Below the pieces are notes generated by a model. The model did not search any database, was not told the origin of the DNA, and saw nothing but the letters and a program-made list of their open reading frames with translations. The translations under genes and the position numbers were made by a program. A stretch of DNA of 64,000 nt, from the NCBI GenBank assembly GCA_048538235.1, contig JBLYPX010000001.1, forward strand, positions 456,013-520,012, read 5' to 3'. This DNA comes from Candidatus Komeilibacteria bacterium (GTDB taxonomy: Bacteria; Patescibacteriota; Patescibacteriia; UBA1558). Shown here in pieces: positions 38,901 to 49,233 of the stretch (its first letter is position 1; the number at the start of each line of letters is the position of its first letter).

Positions 38901-39337
38901 AACCAATGTTATTTGCTACCTTAGAAGATCAAACTGGTTCTTGTGAAATAATTGTCTTCACAGACATTTTAGAAAGAAATAGAACATTATGGGAAGAAAA
39001 CACACCACTCCTTGTTGAAGGTAAAATTTCCAATAAAGATGGACAGAATAAAATAATATGTGAAGAAGCTAAGCTATTAAATTCCAATAAACCAAATAAA
39101 ACCAAAGAAAAGATTAATAGCATTACTATAGTTTTGCCAAACCAGCTAAAGAAATCTATTGTTGATAATTTAAAAGAATTACTAACAAAAAATAAAGGAA
39201 ACTGTCCTGTTATTATTAAAACGGAAGAAGATAAAATACTGTCAACAAATTATAAAATAAAGGCAGATGACAATATGATAAAAGAACTTGAAAAAATAAT
39301 TCCTGCAACAAATCTTAGTCTGGACAAAGAGTCCTAA
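35912..39337 (+). CDS. dnaE: DNA polymerase III alpha subunit
   Basis: FVHLHTHSHYSLLDG, GRGSAAGS, PDIDTDF, KMDFLGL, YGFNRSH. Confidence 0.98.
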   Translation: MSFVHLHTHSHYSLLDGLGTIDKLVAKTKESGMPALALTDHGVMYGAVEFYQKMTKAGLKPIIGVEAYVAPNKHTDKRPKLDEKPYHLVLLAKNNTGYKNLLKLTSIAHIEGYYYKPRIDWELLEKYKEGLIVLTACFGGEVPRNIRHGHKDKAIEAINKFKKLFGEDFYLELQDHPSLEGSEELNNTLIELSKQFDVPLVATNDIHYIEEDDNIAQDVLLCLQTKRRLSDTDRMTYMGEDFSFRSAERMKKSFEHVPEAIENTLKIADKCNITLDFDTIHLPHFELPNNTNADDFLRELSVKGIEKRYNHDGPPEGLQERMDYELDIIKKTGYASYFLIVQDFINWAKDNGIVVGPGRGSAAGSLVSYLIGITNIDPLKYELLFERFLNPERISMPDIDTDFSDARRDEVIQYAADKYGKNNVSQIITFGTLGARVAIRDVGRVMGYSYGYCDRIAKLIPMFTNLNTALEEIPEIKEMYRSDPEAKKLIDMAKRVEGVCRHSSTHACGVLITEKELTEYVPVQYASSSDKSIVSQYSLHPVEDLGLLKMDFLGLKNLTLIETCTEIVEKTVGDEINIDKIPLDDKKTFKIFKKGDTTGVFQFESSGMRRYLKQLKPSELEDIIVMVSLYRPGPMELIPDYIDLKHGKKKATYLHPKLEEMLGKTYGIIIYQEQIMQIARKLAGFTYGQADVLRKAVGKKIKKLMDEQEQKLISGMIDNGISQTVAKQIWQFILPFARYGFNRSHAACYAMISYQTAYLKANYPAQFMAALLTSDLHNTDKIPMEVAECEKMGIKVLPPDINESYRIFTVVMDEDFKEHPRIRFGLEAIKNVGNNIASVIISARKKDGPFKSLEDFLLRVKDKDLNKKSLESLIKAGAFDGFGERNKLFNNVEKILDFVRRNNTETNQKDLFAGTNIDSKPTLVLEDYPPADKQSLLSWEKDLLGIYISDHPINDYKEYIGHDFLDANEIAQGKNRQSIKIAGIVSSIKRIITGAGKPMLFATLEDQTGSCEIIVFTDILERNRTLWEENTPLLVEGKISNKDGQNKIICEEAKLLNSNKPNKTKEKINSITIVLPNQLKKSIVDNLKELLTKNKGNCPVIIKTEEDKILSTNYKIKADDNMIKELEKIIPATNLSLDKES

Positions 39338-39377
39338 ATGTCCTATAGTTAAGTTACAAAATTAAGAAATTATATAT

Positions 39378-40634
39378 ATGCCAATTAAAAAAACAACAAA
39401 AACAAAGGCAAAGCCAATAAGTGTTAAGGTCACTAAATCTAAACCAAAAGCAAAAGCTGAACCCATAGAAGTGGGTATGATTGATGAGGTTAGAGAAATA
39501 CCAAGTAATTCAGTTCCGAAGGTTTATCGTAGGATTATTATTGCCAGTATTTTACTAGTGGTGGTTCTGGCTGTTTTAGTTGTACACTATTCTTTAGCAA
39601 AAGCATTTGTCACCATTACTCCAGAATACTCAGATCACGATATCTCTTTTTCTGCTCAAATAGTTGATCCTGAACAGAGTGATTTAAATATTGAAGAAAG
39701 AGATTATTTAATAGGTAGGAAATTAGAAACTGTTTTAACTCAAAGTGGAACATTTACACCAACCGCCACAACTGTACAAGGAGATAAGGCTTCTGGTGAA
39801 GTAACAATTATAAATAATTACACTAAGGAACAAACTTTAGTGGCTACTACCAGACTTCTATCTAGTAATAATAAACTATTCAGATTAACTGAAACAGTTA
39901 CTGTGCCAGCTGGTGGTAAATTAACAGCTACAGCTAGAGCAGATGAAACTGGTGATGAATATTTAATACCGGCTACTAAATTTACAATACCAGGCTTATG
40001 GGAAGGTTTACAGGATAAGATATACGCTGAAAGTTCCGTTCCTATGAAATACCAGGAAGAAACAAGCCATATCATAACAGCAGATACTATAAACGCAGCT
40101 ATTACTAGTTTAAAGGATCAAATACTGGTTAAAGCAATAGAAGAATTTGAACCACAATTAAGTGGTAATGAATATATAAATAAGGATGCTTTGATTGTTC
40201 AAGAAATAAGACGGGCAACATCAGCTGTTATTGGTGATGATGTAGAATCATTTGACGTTGAGCTTGAATTACAGATAAAGACTATAACTTATGACGAACA
40301 AAAGCTTTTGACAAAGATAGAAAATGATATTAATGTTTTAGCTGAACAGAATCAAGGTTTAATAAACTTCTCAAACAATGATATCAATGTCTCTATTGCT
40401 GAGAATGAAGAAGTTGTTAATGGTATTATTGGAGTTATACAAGGAAAATATAAAATACAGTTAGCTAATCCTAATATAGATTTAGAGCAAATCAAGGGTA
40501 AGACACCAGAACAAGCCGTTCAATACTTAACAGATCTTTCTGGTGTTATGTCAGCTAGTGTTACTCTATCCCCTTTCTGGCTAACAACAGTTCCTGAATT
40601 AGATAATCATATTAAAGTAATTTTAAATAAATAA
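39378..40634 (+). CDS. Membrane-anchored protein with baseplate-J-like domain
   Basis: TM, then KASGEVTIIN...TLVATTRL...V.VPAG...A.AD..G..Y.I...F.IPGL. Confidence 0.65.
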   Translation: MPIKKTTKTKAKPISVKVTKSKPKAKAEPIEVGMIDEVREIPSNSVPKVYRRIIIASILLVVVLAVLVVHYSLAKAFVTITPEYSDHDISFSAQIVDPEQSDLNIEERDYLIGRKLETVLTQSGTFTPTATTVQGDKASGEVTIINNYTKEQTLVATTRLLSSNNKLFRLTETVTVPAGGKLTATARADETGDEYLIPATKFTIPGLWEGLQDKIYAESSVPMKYQEETSHIITADTINAAITSLKDQILVKAIEEFEPQLSGNEYINKDALIVQEIRRATSAVIGDDVESFDVELELQIKTITYDEQKLLTKIENDINVLAEQNQGLINFSNNDINVSIAENEEVVNGIIGVIQGKYKIQLANPNIDLEQIKGKTPEQAVQYLTDLSGVMSASVTLSPFWLTTVPELDNHIKVILNK

Positions 40635-40635
40635 T

Positions 40636-40810
40636 ATTTGGTGATTGCTTGGTCTACCAAACCAAGATAATATATGCAAGTATTACTTGCCTAAGCCAAT
40701 TAAAGAGTGTCCTTAATACATTTAAGGAAATTAGGGTGGAACCGCGGAATAATCCTTTCGTCCCTATACTACTGTGATATAATAGTAGTTAGTGATGTAA
40801 GGATTTTTTT
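40636..40810 (+). promoter_or_regulatory. T-box riboswitch (transcriptional type, compact) upstream of thrS
   Basis: AATTAGGGTGGAACCGCG at 40729-40746; antiterminator partner cgtccc; stem III tccttaa/ttaagga; long terminator ending aaggattttttt. Confidence 0.88.
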
Positions 40811-40828
40811 AATTATTATTACAATAAA

Positions 40829-42634
40829 ATGTCAAAAGATAATCTAGAAATATTACGCCATTCTGCAGCTCATTTAATGGCTGCTGCCATTCAAAAGCTT
40901 TATCCAGAGGCTAAATTTGGTGTGGGGCCTGTTATTGAAAATGGTTTTTACTATGATGTAGAAATACCAAATGTATCCTTATCTGAGAATGATTTGCCAA
41001 AGATAATGAAGCAAATGAAGAGGATGATAAAAGATAATATTGAATTCAAAAAAGAAGAACTGTCTATTGAAGATGCTATTAAACTTTTTGAAAAACTAAA
41101 ACAACCATATAAAGTTGAACTTTTAAAAGACCTTAAAGAAAAAGGAACAACCAAAATGGATGATAGTGAAGCTGAAGTTATGCCAGACGAATCTTCTATT
41201 ATTACCATATACAAAACTGGTGAATTTACAGACCTTTGTCGTGGACCCCATGTAGATAGTACAAAAGAATTAAAAATAGCTTTCAGTCTAGATAGACTAG
41301 CTGGTGCCTATTGGCGTGGTAGTGAAAAAAATCCAATGCTTACTCGTATCTATGGTTTGGTATTTGCTAAAGATTCTGAACTGGAAGATTATCTCGCTAT
41401 GATGGAAGAAGCGAAACAAAGAGATCATAGAAAGTTGGGTAAAGAACTAGAGCTATTCCACATTGATGAAATGGTTGGTAAAGGGTTACCATTGTGGCTT
41501 CCTAAAGGAACTATTATTAAAGATGAGATTGAGAAATATGCCAAGGAAATGGAAAATAAATACAATTATGTAAGAGTAACAACTCCTCACCTTGCTAAAA
41601 AAGAATTATTTGAGACATCAGGACACCTACCATATTACAAAGACGATATGTATCCTGCTATGGAAATGGACGATGGTACATACTATCTAAAGGCTATGAA
41701 TTGTCCTCATCATCATATTATTTACAGATCTAAGCCACATAGTTATAGAGAGCTACCATTGAGGCTAGCTGAATACGGAACTGTGTATAGAAATGAACTC
41801 TCTGGAACATTAGCAGGACTATTACGTGTTAGAATGCTTTCTATGAATGATGCTCACATCTATTGCCGTAAAGATCAAATAAAAGATGAATTTAAAAATG
41901 TTCTCGCCCTTAATATGGAAGTCTTTGAAAAGTTTAATTTAGGAGATTATTGGTTTAGATTATCTAAGTGGTCACCTGACCATCTTGAAAAATATATTAA
42001 TGAACCAGATAATTGGAAATACTCTGAAAGCATCATTAAAGAAGTACTTGATGAAATGAAAGTTAAGTATACAGAAGTGGAAGATGAAGCAGCTTTCTAT
42101 GGACCAAAATTAGATGTTCAATTCAAATCTATTATTGGTCGTGAAGAAACAATGTCTACAATTCAATTAGACTTTGCCGCTAAATCTAGATTTGAATTAA
42201 AATATATTGATCAAGAAGGTAAAGAAAATAATGAGGTGTTTGTAATACACAGAGCCCCTTTATCTACCCATGAAAGATTCTTAGCATTTTTGCTAGAAAA
42301 ATATGCTGGCATATTCCCTACTTGGCTTTCCCCTGTACAAATTGCTTTACTACCAGTTGGTGCTGATCATAAAGACTACTGTCATACATTAGCCGCTAAG
42401 TTTAAAGAGCAAGGCTTTAGAGTTGAGGTAGATGATGCTAATGAAACTATTGGTAATAAAATAAGAAAAGCAGTTGGTCAAAAAATACCATACATGCTGG
42501 TTATTGGAGACAAAGAAATGAATTCAGATAAATTAAATGTTAGATTAAGAGGAACAGATGATTTACTACAAATAACTGAAGAAGAATTTATTACTAGGGT
42601 TAAAGAAGAAATTACTAACCGTAAAGATCAATAA
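40829..42634 (+). CDS. thrS: Threonyl-tRNA synthetase
   Basis: RHSAAH, DLCRGPH, RDHRKLG, KAMNCPHH, AFYGPK, IHRA. Confidence 0.98.
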   Translation: MSKDNLEILRHSAAHLMAAAIQKLYPEAKFGVGPVIENGFYYDVEIPNVSLSENDLPKIMKQMKRMIKDNIEFKKEELSIEDAIKLFEKLKQPYKVELLKDLKEKGTTKMDDSEAEVMPDESSIITIYKTGEFTDLCRGPHVDSTKELKIAFSLDRLAGAYWRGSEKNPMLTRIYGLVFAKDSELEDYLAMMEEAKQRDHRKLGKELELFHIDEMVGKGLPLWLPKGTIIKDEIEKYAKEMENKYNYVRVTTPHLAKKELFETSGHLPYYKDDMYPAMEMDDGTYYLKAMNCPHHHIIYRSKPHSYRELPLRLAEYGTVYRNELSGTLAGLLRVRMLSMNDAHIYCRKDQIKDEFKNVLALNMEVFEKFNLGDYWFRLSKWSPDHLEKYINEPDNWKYSESIIKEVLDEMKVKYTEVEDEAAFYGPKLDVQFKSIIGREETMSTIQLDFAAKSRFELKYIDQEGKENNEVFVIHRAPLSTHERFLAFLLEKYAGIFPTWLSPVQIALLPVGADHKDYCHTLAAKFKEQGFRVEVDDANETIGNKIRKAVGQKIPYMLVIGDKEMNSDKLNVRLRGTDDLLQITEEEFITRVKEEITNRKDQ

Positions 42635-42636
42635 TA

Positions 42637-43794
42637 ATGAAATCATATAAAACTTTTCGTTTACTATTTATAGCCGGATTCCTTCTGGCTCTTAGTACTG
42701 CATTACCGGCATATATTCAATCTTCTTTTTTGGAAGATTATATGGATATACAAATGGTTAGTTTGTATTTAACAGGGGTTATGGCTCTAACGTTAATAGC
42801 CCTTTTTATCTATCCCCGGATAATAAACAAAATAACAAATCTACGAGCCTTACTCTTAACATCTGTTATTAGTATAGCCTCACTATTATTATTAGGTATA
42901 GCTAAACAACCAGTAGCTATAATAGTATTGTTCACCATTCAATATATTACACTAATGCTACTAGTAATAAATACTGACATAGCTCTTGAAAACATATCTG
43001 ACGATGAGCACACTGGACGTATTAGAGGAAGACATTTAACCATTTTAAACGTTGGTTGGCTTATTTCACCGTTACTGATGGGATTTATTGTTACACTTGG
43101 TGGCTACCAATCAGTATATCTGGTTGCCGGTATTATTATGTTTTCAAATCTACTCCTAATATATATGAATCGCAAACTAATAACAGACCATAAAGAATAC
43201 CACGTACATAAATTAAGAAACCTCCTAAAATCTTTAAGTAAAAATAATAATCTTAGGAAGATATTTGCTTTGAGTTTTGTTTTAAGGTTCTTTTTCTGTC
43301 TAATGGTGCTATACACTCCTATTTATCTAAACAGATACATTGGTTTTGACTGGGAAACAATTAGCATAATATTTACCATAATGCTATTACCATTTGTTCT
43401 GTTTGGCATGCCAGCAGGACAGATAGCTGACAGATGGTTAGGTGAAAAAGAAATTATGTTTACAGGCTTAATTCTAATGATGGTAACTACAGGTATAATG
43501 TTCTTCTACAATGTTCAAAACGCTGTTATTTGGGCTATCTTACTATTTATTGGTAGAATTGGTGCAGCCATTGTAGAAGCAATGCAAGAATCATATTTCT
43601 TCAAACATGTAGACGGTGATGATTTAGACTTAGTGAGTCTATTCAGAGATGTGCGTCCATTTGCCTGGTTAATAGGAACTGGTCTTTCTGCAATAATATT
43701 ACACTTTCTCCCAATACAATATATATTCATATTTCTGGCATTTGTAATACTTCTCAGCCTTTATCCGGCACTGACCATAAAAGATACGAAATAA
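42637..43794 (+). CDS. MFS transporter
   Basis: About 12 TMs; motif A-like G.IADRWLGEK. Confidence 0.85.
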   Translation: MKSYKTFRLLFIAGFLLALSTALPAYIQSSFLEDYMDIQMVSLYLTGVMALTLIALFIYPRIINKITNLRALLLTSVISIASLLLLGIAKQPVAIIVLFTIQYITLMLLVINTDIALENISDDEHTGRIRGRHLTILNVGWLISPLLMGFIVTLGGYQSVYLVAGIIMFSNLLLIYMNRKLITDHKEYHVHKLRNLLKSLSKNNNLRKIFALSFVLRFFFCLMVLYTPIYLNRYIGFDWETISIIFTIMLLPFVLFGMPAGQIADRWLGEKEIMFTGLILMMVTTGIMFFYNVQNAVIWAILLFIGRIGAAIVEAMQESYFFKHVDGDDLDLVSLFRDVRPFAWLIGTGLSAIILHFLPIQYIFIFLAFVILLSLYPALTIKDTK

Positions 43795-43799
43795 ATACA

Positions 43800-43828
43800 A
43801 AACACCCTTGCTTAGCAAGGGTGTTTTT
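43800..43828. terminator. Bidirectional terminator
   Basis: aaaacacccttgc-tta-gcaagggtgtttt. Confidence 0.8.
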
Positions 43829-43837
43829 TTATCTAAA

Positions 43838-45280
43838 CTATATTTTAATTACATCGTGATGTTTACTCTCTCTTAAGCCACCAGCTGTTATTCTTACAAA
43901 CTCTGCATTCTCGTGAAATTCTTCAATGGTTTTAGCCCCACTATAAGTCATACCAGATCTAAATCCACCAACCAACTGACTAACAACATTCTCAACAGGA
44001 CCCTTATACACCATTAACGATTCAACGCCTTCTGGAACAACACCATCTGTTGAATCTTCCTGCCATTCGCCCTTTTCTTTCTCAGCTCTACCAGAAGCTG
44101 CCCCAAATGAAGCCATGCCTCTGTATATCTTAAACTGCTTACCATCTTTATGTAATACTTTTCCTGGTGTTTCTTCTGTACCAGATAATAGATTGCCAAG
44201 CATTACTGTATGCGCACCAGCTGCAATAGCTTTTGCTATATCTCCAGATGTCTTTATACCAGCGTCTGCTATTACTGGAATATCATATTTCTTAGCAGCG
44301 GCCGCACATTCTAGAACAGCTGTTAATTGTGGGACACCAGATCCTGCTACTATTCTAGTTACGCAAATAGATCCAGGACCAACACCAACTTTTACACTGT
44401 CAACACCTGCTTTAATTAATTCAACCGTTCCTTCAGCTGTTGCTACATTCCCACCAATTAAATCTACGTTAGGAAAATGTTTCTTAATTAACTTAATTGT
44501 ATCCAGTTCTGCTATTGAATGACCGTGAGCAATATCTATTACCAAAAAATCTACGCCGGCTGCCACTAAAGCTTCTGCTCTTTCTAATACTCCGTCTTTA
44601 ACACCAATAGCTGCTCCTACAACCAATCTACCCTTCTTATCTTTAACAGCTAATGGAAATTTATTTCTCTTCTCAATGTCTGAAGTGGTAATAAGTCCCT
44701 GTAATTCATTCTTTGAATTAATAAGTGGTAATTTTTCTATTCTATTCTTATGTAATAATTTTTCTGCTTCCTCAATAGATATATCTTTATGAGCAGTTAT
44801 TAATTTATCTAACGGAGTCATCATCTCTCTTACACTAGGATTATTACCATTCTCGAATAAAGTGTCTCTTCTGGTTACGATACCAAGTAGTTTATTTTCT
44901 TTATCTACAACCAAAAAACTAGAAACATTATGTTGCTTTCTTAACTCTTTAATATCTTCTAATGTATTAGTAACATTAACAGTATATGGATTATCTATAA
45001 TTAAACTCTCAGCTCTTTTAACCTTCTGCACCTCTATTGCTTGCTGACGAGGAGATAAAAATCTATGAATAATACCTACTCCGCCTAATCTAGCCATAGC
45101 AATAGCCATTTTGTGCTCTGTAACAGTATCCATATTAGAACTAACAATTGGAATAGACAGTTCAATATTCTTAGTTAATCTTGTTTTAGTAGATACATCT
45201 TTTCTTGAGCGAATAGCAGAATATTTAGGCTTTAAAAGCACATCATCATAACTTAAAGCCTCTGGTATTGTTTTAATCAT
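43838..45280 (-). CDS. guaB: IMP dehydrogenase with CBS domains
   Basis: YDDVLL.P, MDTVTE, KVGVGPGSICVTR, YRGMAS, VPEG. Confidence 0.95.
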   Translation of the reverse strand: MIKTIPEALSYDDVLLKPKYSAIRSRKDVSTKTRLTKNIELSIPIVSSNMDTVTEHKMAIAMARLGGVGIIHRFLSPRQQAIEVQKVKRAESLIIDNPYTVNVTNTLEDIKELRKQHNVSSFLVVDKENKLLGIVTRRDTLFENGNNPSVREMMTPLDKLITAHKDISIEEAEKLLHKNRIEKLPLINSKNELQGLITTSDIEKRNKFPLAVKDKKGRLVVGAAIGVKDGVLERAEALVAAGVDFLVIDIAHGHSIAELDTIKLIKKHFPNVDLIGGNVATAEGTVELIKAGVDSVKVGVGPGSICVTRIVAGSGVPQLTAVLECAAAAKKYDIPVIADAGIKTSGDIAKAIAAGAHTVMLGNLLSGTEETPGKVLHKDGKQFKIYRGMASFGAASGRAEKEKGEWQEDSTDGVVPEGVESLMVYKGPVENVVSQLVGGFRSGMTYSGAKTIEEFHENAEFVRITAGGLRESKHHDVIKI

Positions 45281-45442
45281 AATTTGAAAATTTAATAAAA
45301 AAACCAATAATAAATATACACCTAAACAAGTTTACAGTAAACCCTCATGCCCTTGATTTTTTCTCAATTTTATGCTATTATACATATATTCGCATTAAAA
45401 TAACTAATTTAATAATATAGTTAAACAATTAACAAAAAAACT

Positions 45443-46765
45443 ATGATAAAAAATAATAAATCATTGTTGTTTGGATCAATATTTACAGTAGCGTTGTTAA
45501 CAGCTACTTTTTTTGCTCCAGCAGCATTAGCTACTGCTACCCCAACCACAACATCTGCAGATGCAGACGCTGTTAGTATTGAGGCTGAAGCAGAAGCATT
45601 AGGTGTTGAAGTTCCAGGAAATTTTTACTTCTTAAAAAACTGGGGCTATTCACTACAAAAAGCCTTTACTTTTAATCCAGTTAAAAAAGCTGAGATAGAT
45701 TTAAAACAAGCATCTGAACAAATTGTGCATGCTAGACAATTAGCATCACAATCAGATGATGCTAATGTACAGGCAAAGGTAAAAAAAGCTTTAGACAATT
45801 ATGAAGTAAAGATTGCTAAAATTGGAGATAGGGCTGAGGAATTGAAAGCAGATAATCCAGAATTAGCAGAGAAGTTTTTAGATAAACTATCTGACAGACA
45901 AATCAAGCAACAAGAGATTATGTCTAAGCTAGAAGAAAAAATGCCAGAAGAAGCTTGGCAACATTTAAACCAAGTGCGTGAAAGAACAATGGAGCATTAT
46001 GGTGAAGTTGTAAACACTATTATTGATGATAAAGAAAAAATATCTGATCACCTATTGAAAGCTTTTGACAAACAAAATGAATCAGATTTTAACAGACTAA
46101 AACATGTAGAAATTCTAAAAGCTTTAGAAGATAAAGTACCAGAAGAAGAAAAAGCTGCTATTATGAAAGCTCAAGCAAATGTTCTTGAAAAATTCAAAGC
46201 TGAATCAGATGAATTACCAGCTGAACTTAGAGAACTTAACTATATGGACTATATGGAAAAAGCAAGAGCAATGAAAGGTAATGCTTTGCAAACCTTAGAA
46301 GAATTATCTGATGAAGATTTTATTCCTGCTAATCTAGATATTCGTGTTCAAGCATTAAGGGATGAATACGAACAGACAATGGAAGCTGCTAAAAAGGGTT
46401 TAGAAAATTTAACCGAAGAAGAAAAGGCTATTCTTGAAAGAGCAAAGGCTAGAACTATGCAACAGTTTGAAGCTCAAAAACAAGAATACGAACAAATAAG
46501 AAATAGGTTGGAAAATAGTTATGAAGCTATGCCACCTATTCAAAAAGAAATGTTAGACCAATATAAAGAAAGAGCTGATATTCGTGAAGAACACATGGAG
46601 ATGAATGACGATATGATAAAGGAACCTGAAATGCTAAGAGATCGTGTTGAAAATATGTTTGATAAAGACGACGATAACCAAGACGATGAAGAAGATGATG
46701 AAGATGAAAACGATGAGGACGATTATATGAGAAGAATGCAAGAACAAAACAGAATAAATCAATAA
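45443..46765 (+). CDS. Secreted helical protein, DUF5667-like, with acidic tail
   Basis: Signal peptide; PG..YFLK.W...Q.AFTF.P.KKAE. Confidence 0.7.
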   Translation: MIKNNKSLLFGSIFTVALLTATFFAPAALATATPTTTSADADAVSIEAEAEALGVEVPGNFYFLKNWGYSLQKAFTFNPVKKAEIDLKQASEQIVHARQLASQSDDANVQAKVKKALDNYEVKIAKIGDRAEELKADNPELAEKFLDKLSDRQIKQQEIMSKLEEKMPEEAWQHLNQVRERTMEHYGEVVNTIIDDKEKISDHLLKAFDKQNESDFNRLKHVEILKALEDKVPEEEKAAIMKAQANVLEKFKAESDELPAELRELNYMDYMEKARAMKGNALQTLEELSDEDFIPANLDIRVQALRDEYEQTMEAAKKGLENLTEEEKAILERAKARTMQQFEAQKQEYEQIRNRLENSYEAMPPIQKEMLDQYKERADIREEHMEMNDDMIKEPEMLRDRVENMFDKDDDNQDDEEDDEDENDEDDYMRRMQEQNRINQ

Positions 46766-46844
46766 ATCGTATTAGATAAAAACCCCGCTATACAGCGGGG
46801 TTTTTGTATTGAAAAGATATTACTTTTCTGCTATCCTATCCACT

Positions 46845-48128
46845 ATGACAAATCTAAAATATCATTTATTTATACTGGGTTGCCAAATGAACCACTCTGA
46901 TGGTGAAAGAATTGCTGCTGTTTTAAACAGTATTGGCTATACCCAAACAGATGATGAAAATGAGGCTGACTTAATTATTGTGGTTGCTTGTTCTGTTAGA
47001 CAGTCTGCTATAGATAGAATTTACGGTAAAATTAAAAACTGGCACAAACTCAAAGAAACCAAACCTTTAATCACAGCTGTTACTGGCTGCTTATTACCGA
47101 AAGACAAACAATTAATGGAACAGAAGTTTGACTTAGCTTTTGACATTTCTGAATTATCTGAATTACCAGCAATGTTGAAGGCTAATAAAAATGAATTTAA
47201 AAACATTAAAAACTATTTCAATATACACCCCGTTCCTAAATCCAGTTTTCAGGTATATATACCAATTATGACTGGTTGTAATAATTTTTGCACCTATTGT
47301 GCTGTCCCCTATACTCGCGGTAGAGAAAAATCTCGTAGCAGCCAGGATATATTAAAAGAAGTTCAATCATATATAGATAAAGGATATAAGGAAATAACCT
47401 TACTTGGTCAAAACGTGAATAGTTATGGCAATGATTTAAAGAATGAAATTAAATTTCCAGAACTATTAAAAAAAGTTAACGATTTACAAGGGAACTTTTG
47501 GTTAAGGTTTTTAACATCCCATCCTAAAGACATGTCAGATGAATTAATAGAAGTTATGAGGGAAGGAGAGAAAATTTGTGAATACTTACATTTACCAGTA
47601 CAGGCTGGAGACGATAAAGTGTTAAAAAGAATGAATAGAAAATATACTATTAAACACTATAAAGGATTAATTAAAAAAGTTAGAAAAGCTATACCCGGTA
47701 TAACTATTACCACAGATACTATTGTTGGCTTTCCTTCTGAAACCAGGTGGCAATTTAATAAAACAAAAAGATTATATAAACAAATGGCCTATGACATGGC
47801 ATATATTGGTAAATATTCACCTCGATCAGGTACAGTCTCAGCTACCTGGGAAGATAATATCACTTTGGAAGAAAAGAAACGTAGAGAAAGAATTTTAACA
47901 AAGATAATGGAGAAATCTGCTTTAAAACATAATAAAAAATTATTAAATAAAACAGAGACCATACTAGTTGAAGAATACGATGGTAAATACATTATTGGTA
48001 AAACTAGATCTGGTAGACCTGCTAAAGCTTTAAGCAAAAAAGATTTAACTGGAGAATTTGTAGATATAATCATAAGCAGTGTACATGCTTACAGTCTTTC
48101 TGGAAAAATAAAAGGAGCTAATGATTAA
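46845..48128 (+). CDS. miaB: tRNA-i6A37 methylthiotransferase
   Basis: GCQMN.SD, CSVR, GCNNFCTYCAVPYTRG, TRAM C-terminus. Confidence 0.95.
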   Translation: MTNLKYHLFILGCQMNHSDGERIAAVLNSIGYTQTDDENEADLIIVVACSVRQSAIDRIYGKIKNWHKLKETKPLITAVTGCLLPKDKQLMEQKFDLAFDISELSELPAMLKANKNEFKNIKNYFNIHPVPKSSFQVYIPIMTGCNNFCTYCAVPYTRGREKSRSSQDILKEVQSYIDKGYKEITLLGQNVNSYGNDLKNEIKFPELLKKVNDLQGNFWLRFLTSHPKDMSDELIEVMREGEKICEYLHLPVQAGDDKVLKRMNRKYTIKHYKGLIKKVRKAIPGITITTDTIVGFPSETRWQFNKTKRLYKQMAYDMAYIGKYSPRSGTVSATWEDNITLEEKKRRERILTKIMEKSALKHNKKLLNKTETILVEEYDGKYIIGKTRSGRPAKALSKKDLTGEFVDIIISSVHAYSLSGKIKGAND

Positions 48129-48139
48129 CTCCTTTTAAT

Positions 48140-48634
48140 TTAGAAAATAAGGTTTTTTAGCCAGATAAGTAAGCTGAGTCCATAATACTCAAACGGAGCT
48201 CTCAACAAACAGCCAATGTATAAAAATAATCTACCATAAGGTAGTTTTTTTTCATGACTGACAAACATGAAAGCGCCTACTTTACTTAAGTTGATTACAA
48301 TAACAGATAGAGCTAATCCCACATATTCAAAATCTCGCACTAATACAGCAAAACGATGTTTAGAAAAGTCTCCGTTATTACCATTCCTCGTAATCTTCTG
48401 CCAAAAAGGATCTAGAACTCTTGTCCAAAAACTTGTGTGACGAAGAAACTTAAAAAAGAATATTTCAGACTCAATCACTAAAAACATTTGAACTGTAGCT
48501 AGCAAAACCCAACCAGAAAACAAATGACCCGTCTCCTGAGCTCTTGAGATTAAAATCTCATAGATTGGAATAAAGCTCGTTAAAAAGTATATCCACGCTA
48601 TTACGTGAACAAAAAACCTAAGTCTTGTTTTCAA
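48140..48634 (-). CDS. Hypothetical membrane protein (stand-alone cassette)
   Basis: aaggagg SD; TTGCAA-17-TAAACT; hydrophobic segments. Confidence 0.6.
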   Translation of the reverse strand: MKTRLRFFVHVIAWIYFLTSFIPIYEILISRAQETGHLFSGWVLLATVQMFLVIESEIFFFKFLRHTSFWTRVLDPFWQKITRNGNNGDFSKHRFAVLVRDFEYVGLALSVIVINLSKVGAFMFVSHEKKLPYGRLFLYIGCLLRAPFEYYGLSLLIWLKNLIF

Positions 48635-48748
48635 TATTTATCCTCCTTATTTTAAAGTTCTGTAAAAGATAAATAGTTTACAATGTATTAAAAATTATTG
48701 CAAGAAAAAAGCCCCTAAGTTAGATTGTCCAACTTAAGGGCTTTAATT

Positions 48749-49096
48749 TTACTTAGCGACCTCTTCAATAGAATTAAATAGGTCACTTGCTTCAAATGGC
48801 TTAGCCAGAGCTCTGTCAAATAGATTGACTTCGCTTACTGGCAAAACATTTAGAAGCCCGGACATAAGAACAGTACCAAATGTATATCCCCTTTCTTTGA
48901 GAGATAACATTAATTCTGTTCCATTCATTGTTCCACCGAGATCGTGATCCGTTAACAACACGTTAAAGCTGTTGTTAAATTCAGAAAGAGCTTTTTCAGG
49001 GGTATCAACACCAACCACATCAAATTTACTTCCAAGGATACTTTCACATATCTCTAAAATTGAAACGTTATCCTCCAGCACCAGTACTTTAATCAT
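48749..49096 (-). CDS. Orphan single-domain response regulator
   Basis: VLVLEDN, LLTDHDL, MNG, MSG, AKPF. Confidence 0.88.
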   Translation of the reverse strand: MIKVLVLEDNVSILEICESILGSKFDVVGVDTPEKALSEFNNSFNVLLTDHDLGGTMNGTELMLSLKERGYTFGTVLMSGLLNVLPVSEVNLFDRALAKPFEASDLFNSIEEVAK

Positions 49097-49233
49097 TTGC
49101 CCTCCGATCTGCTATGTTTAAGTACAGATGAATACATTAACATGCTTTAGACTAAACGTCAATATGTGCATAATATTATACCTTTTCTTTATCCTTTCCT
49201 TGTAGTATATTTATCTATATTTATTAACAAGTA

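Noticed and set aside
39378-40634. Prophage or tailocin suggested by the baseplate-J-like gene
   Set aside because: Isolated, membrane-anchored, located between dnaE and thrS, with no other phage genes.
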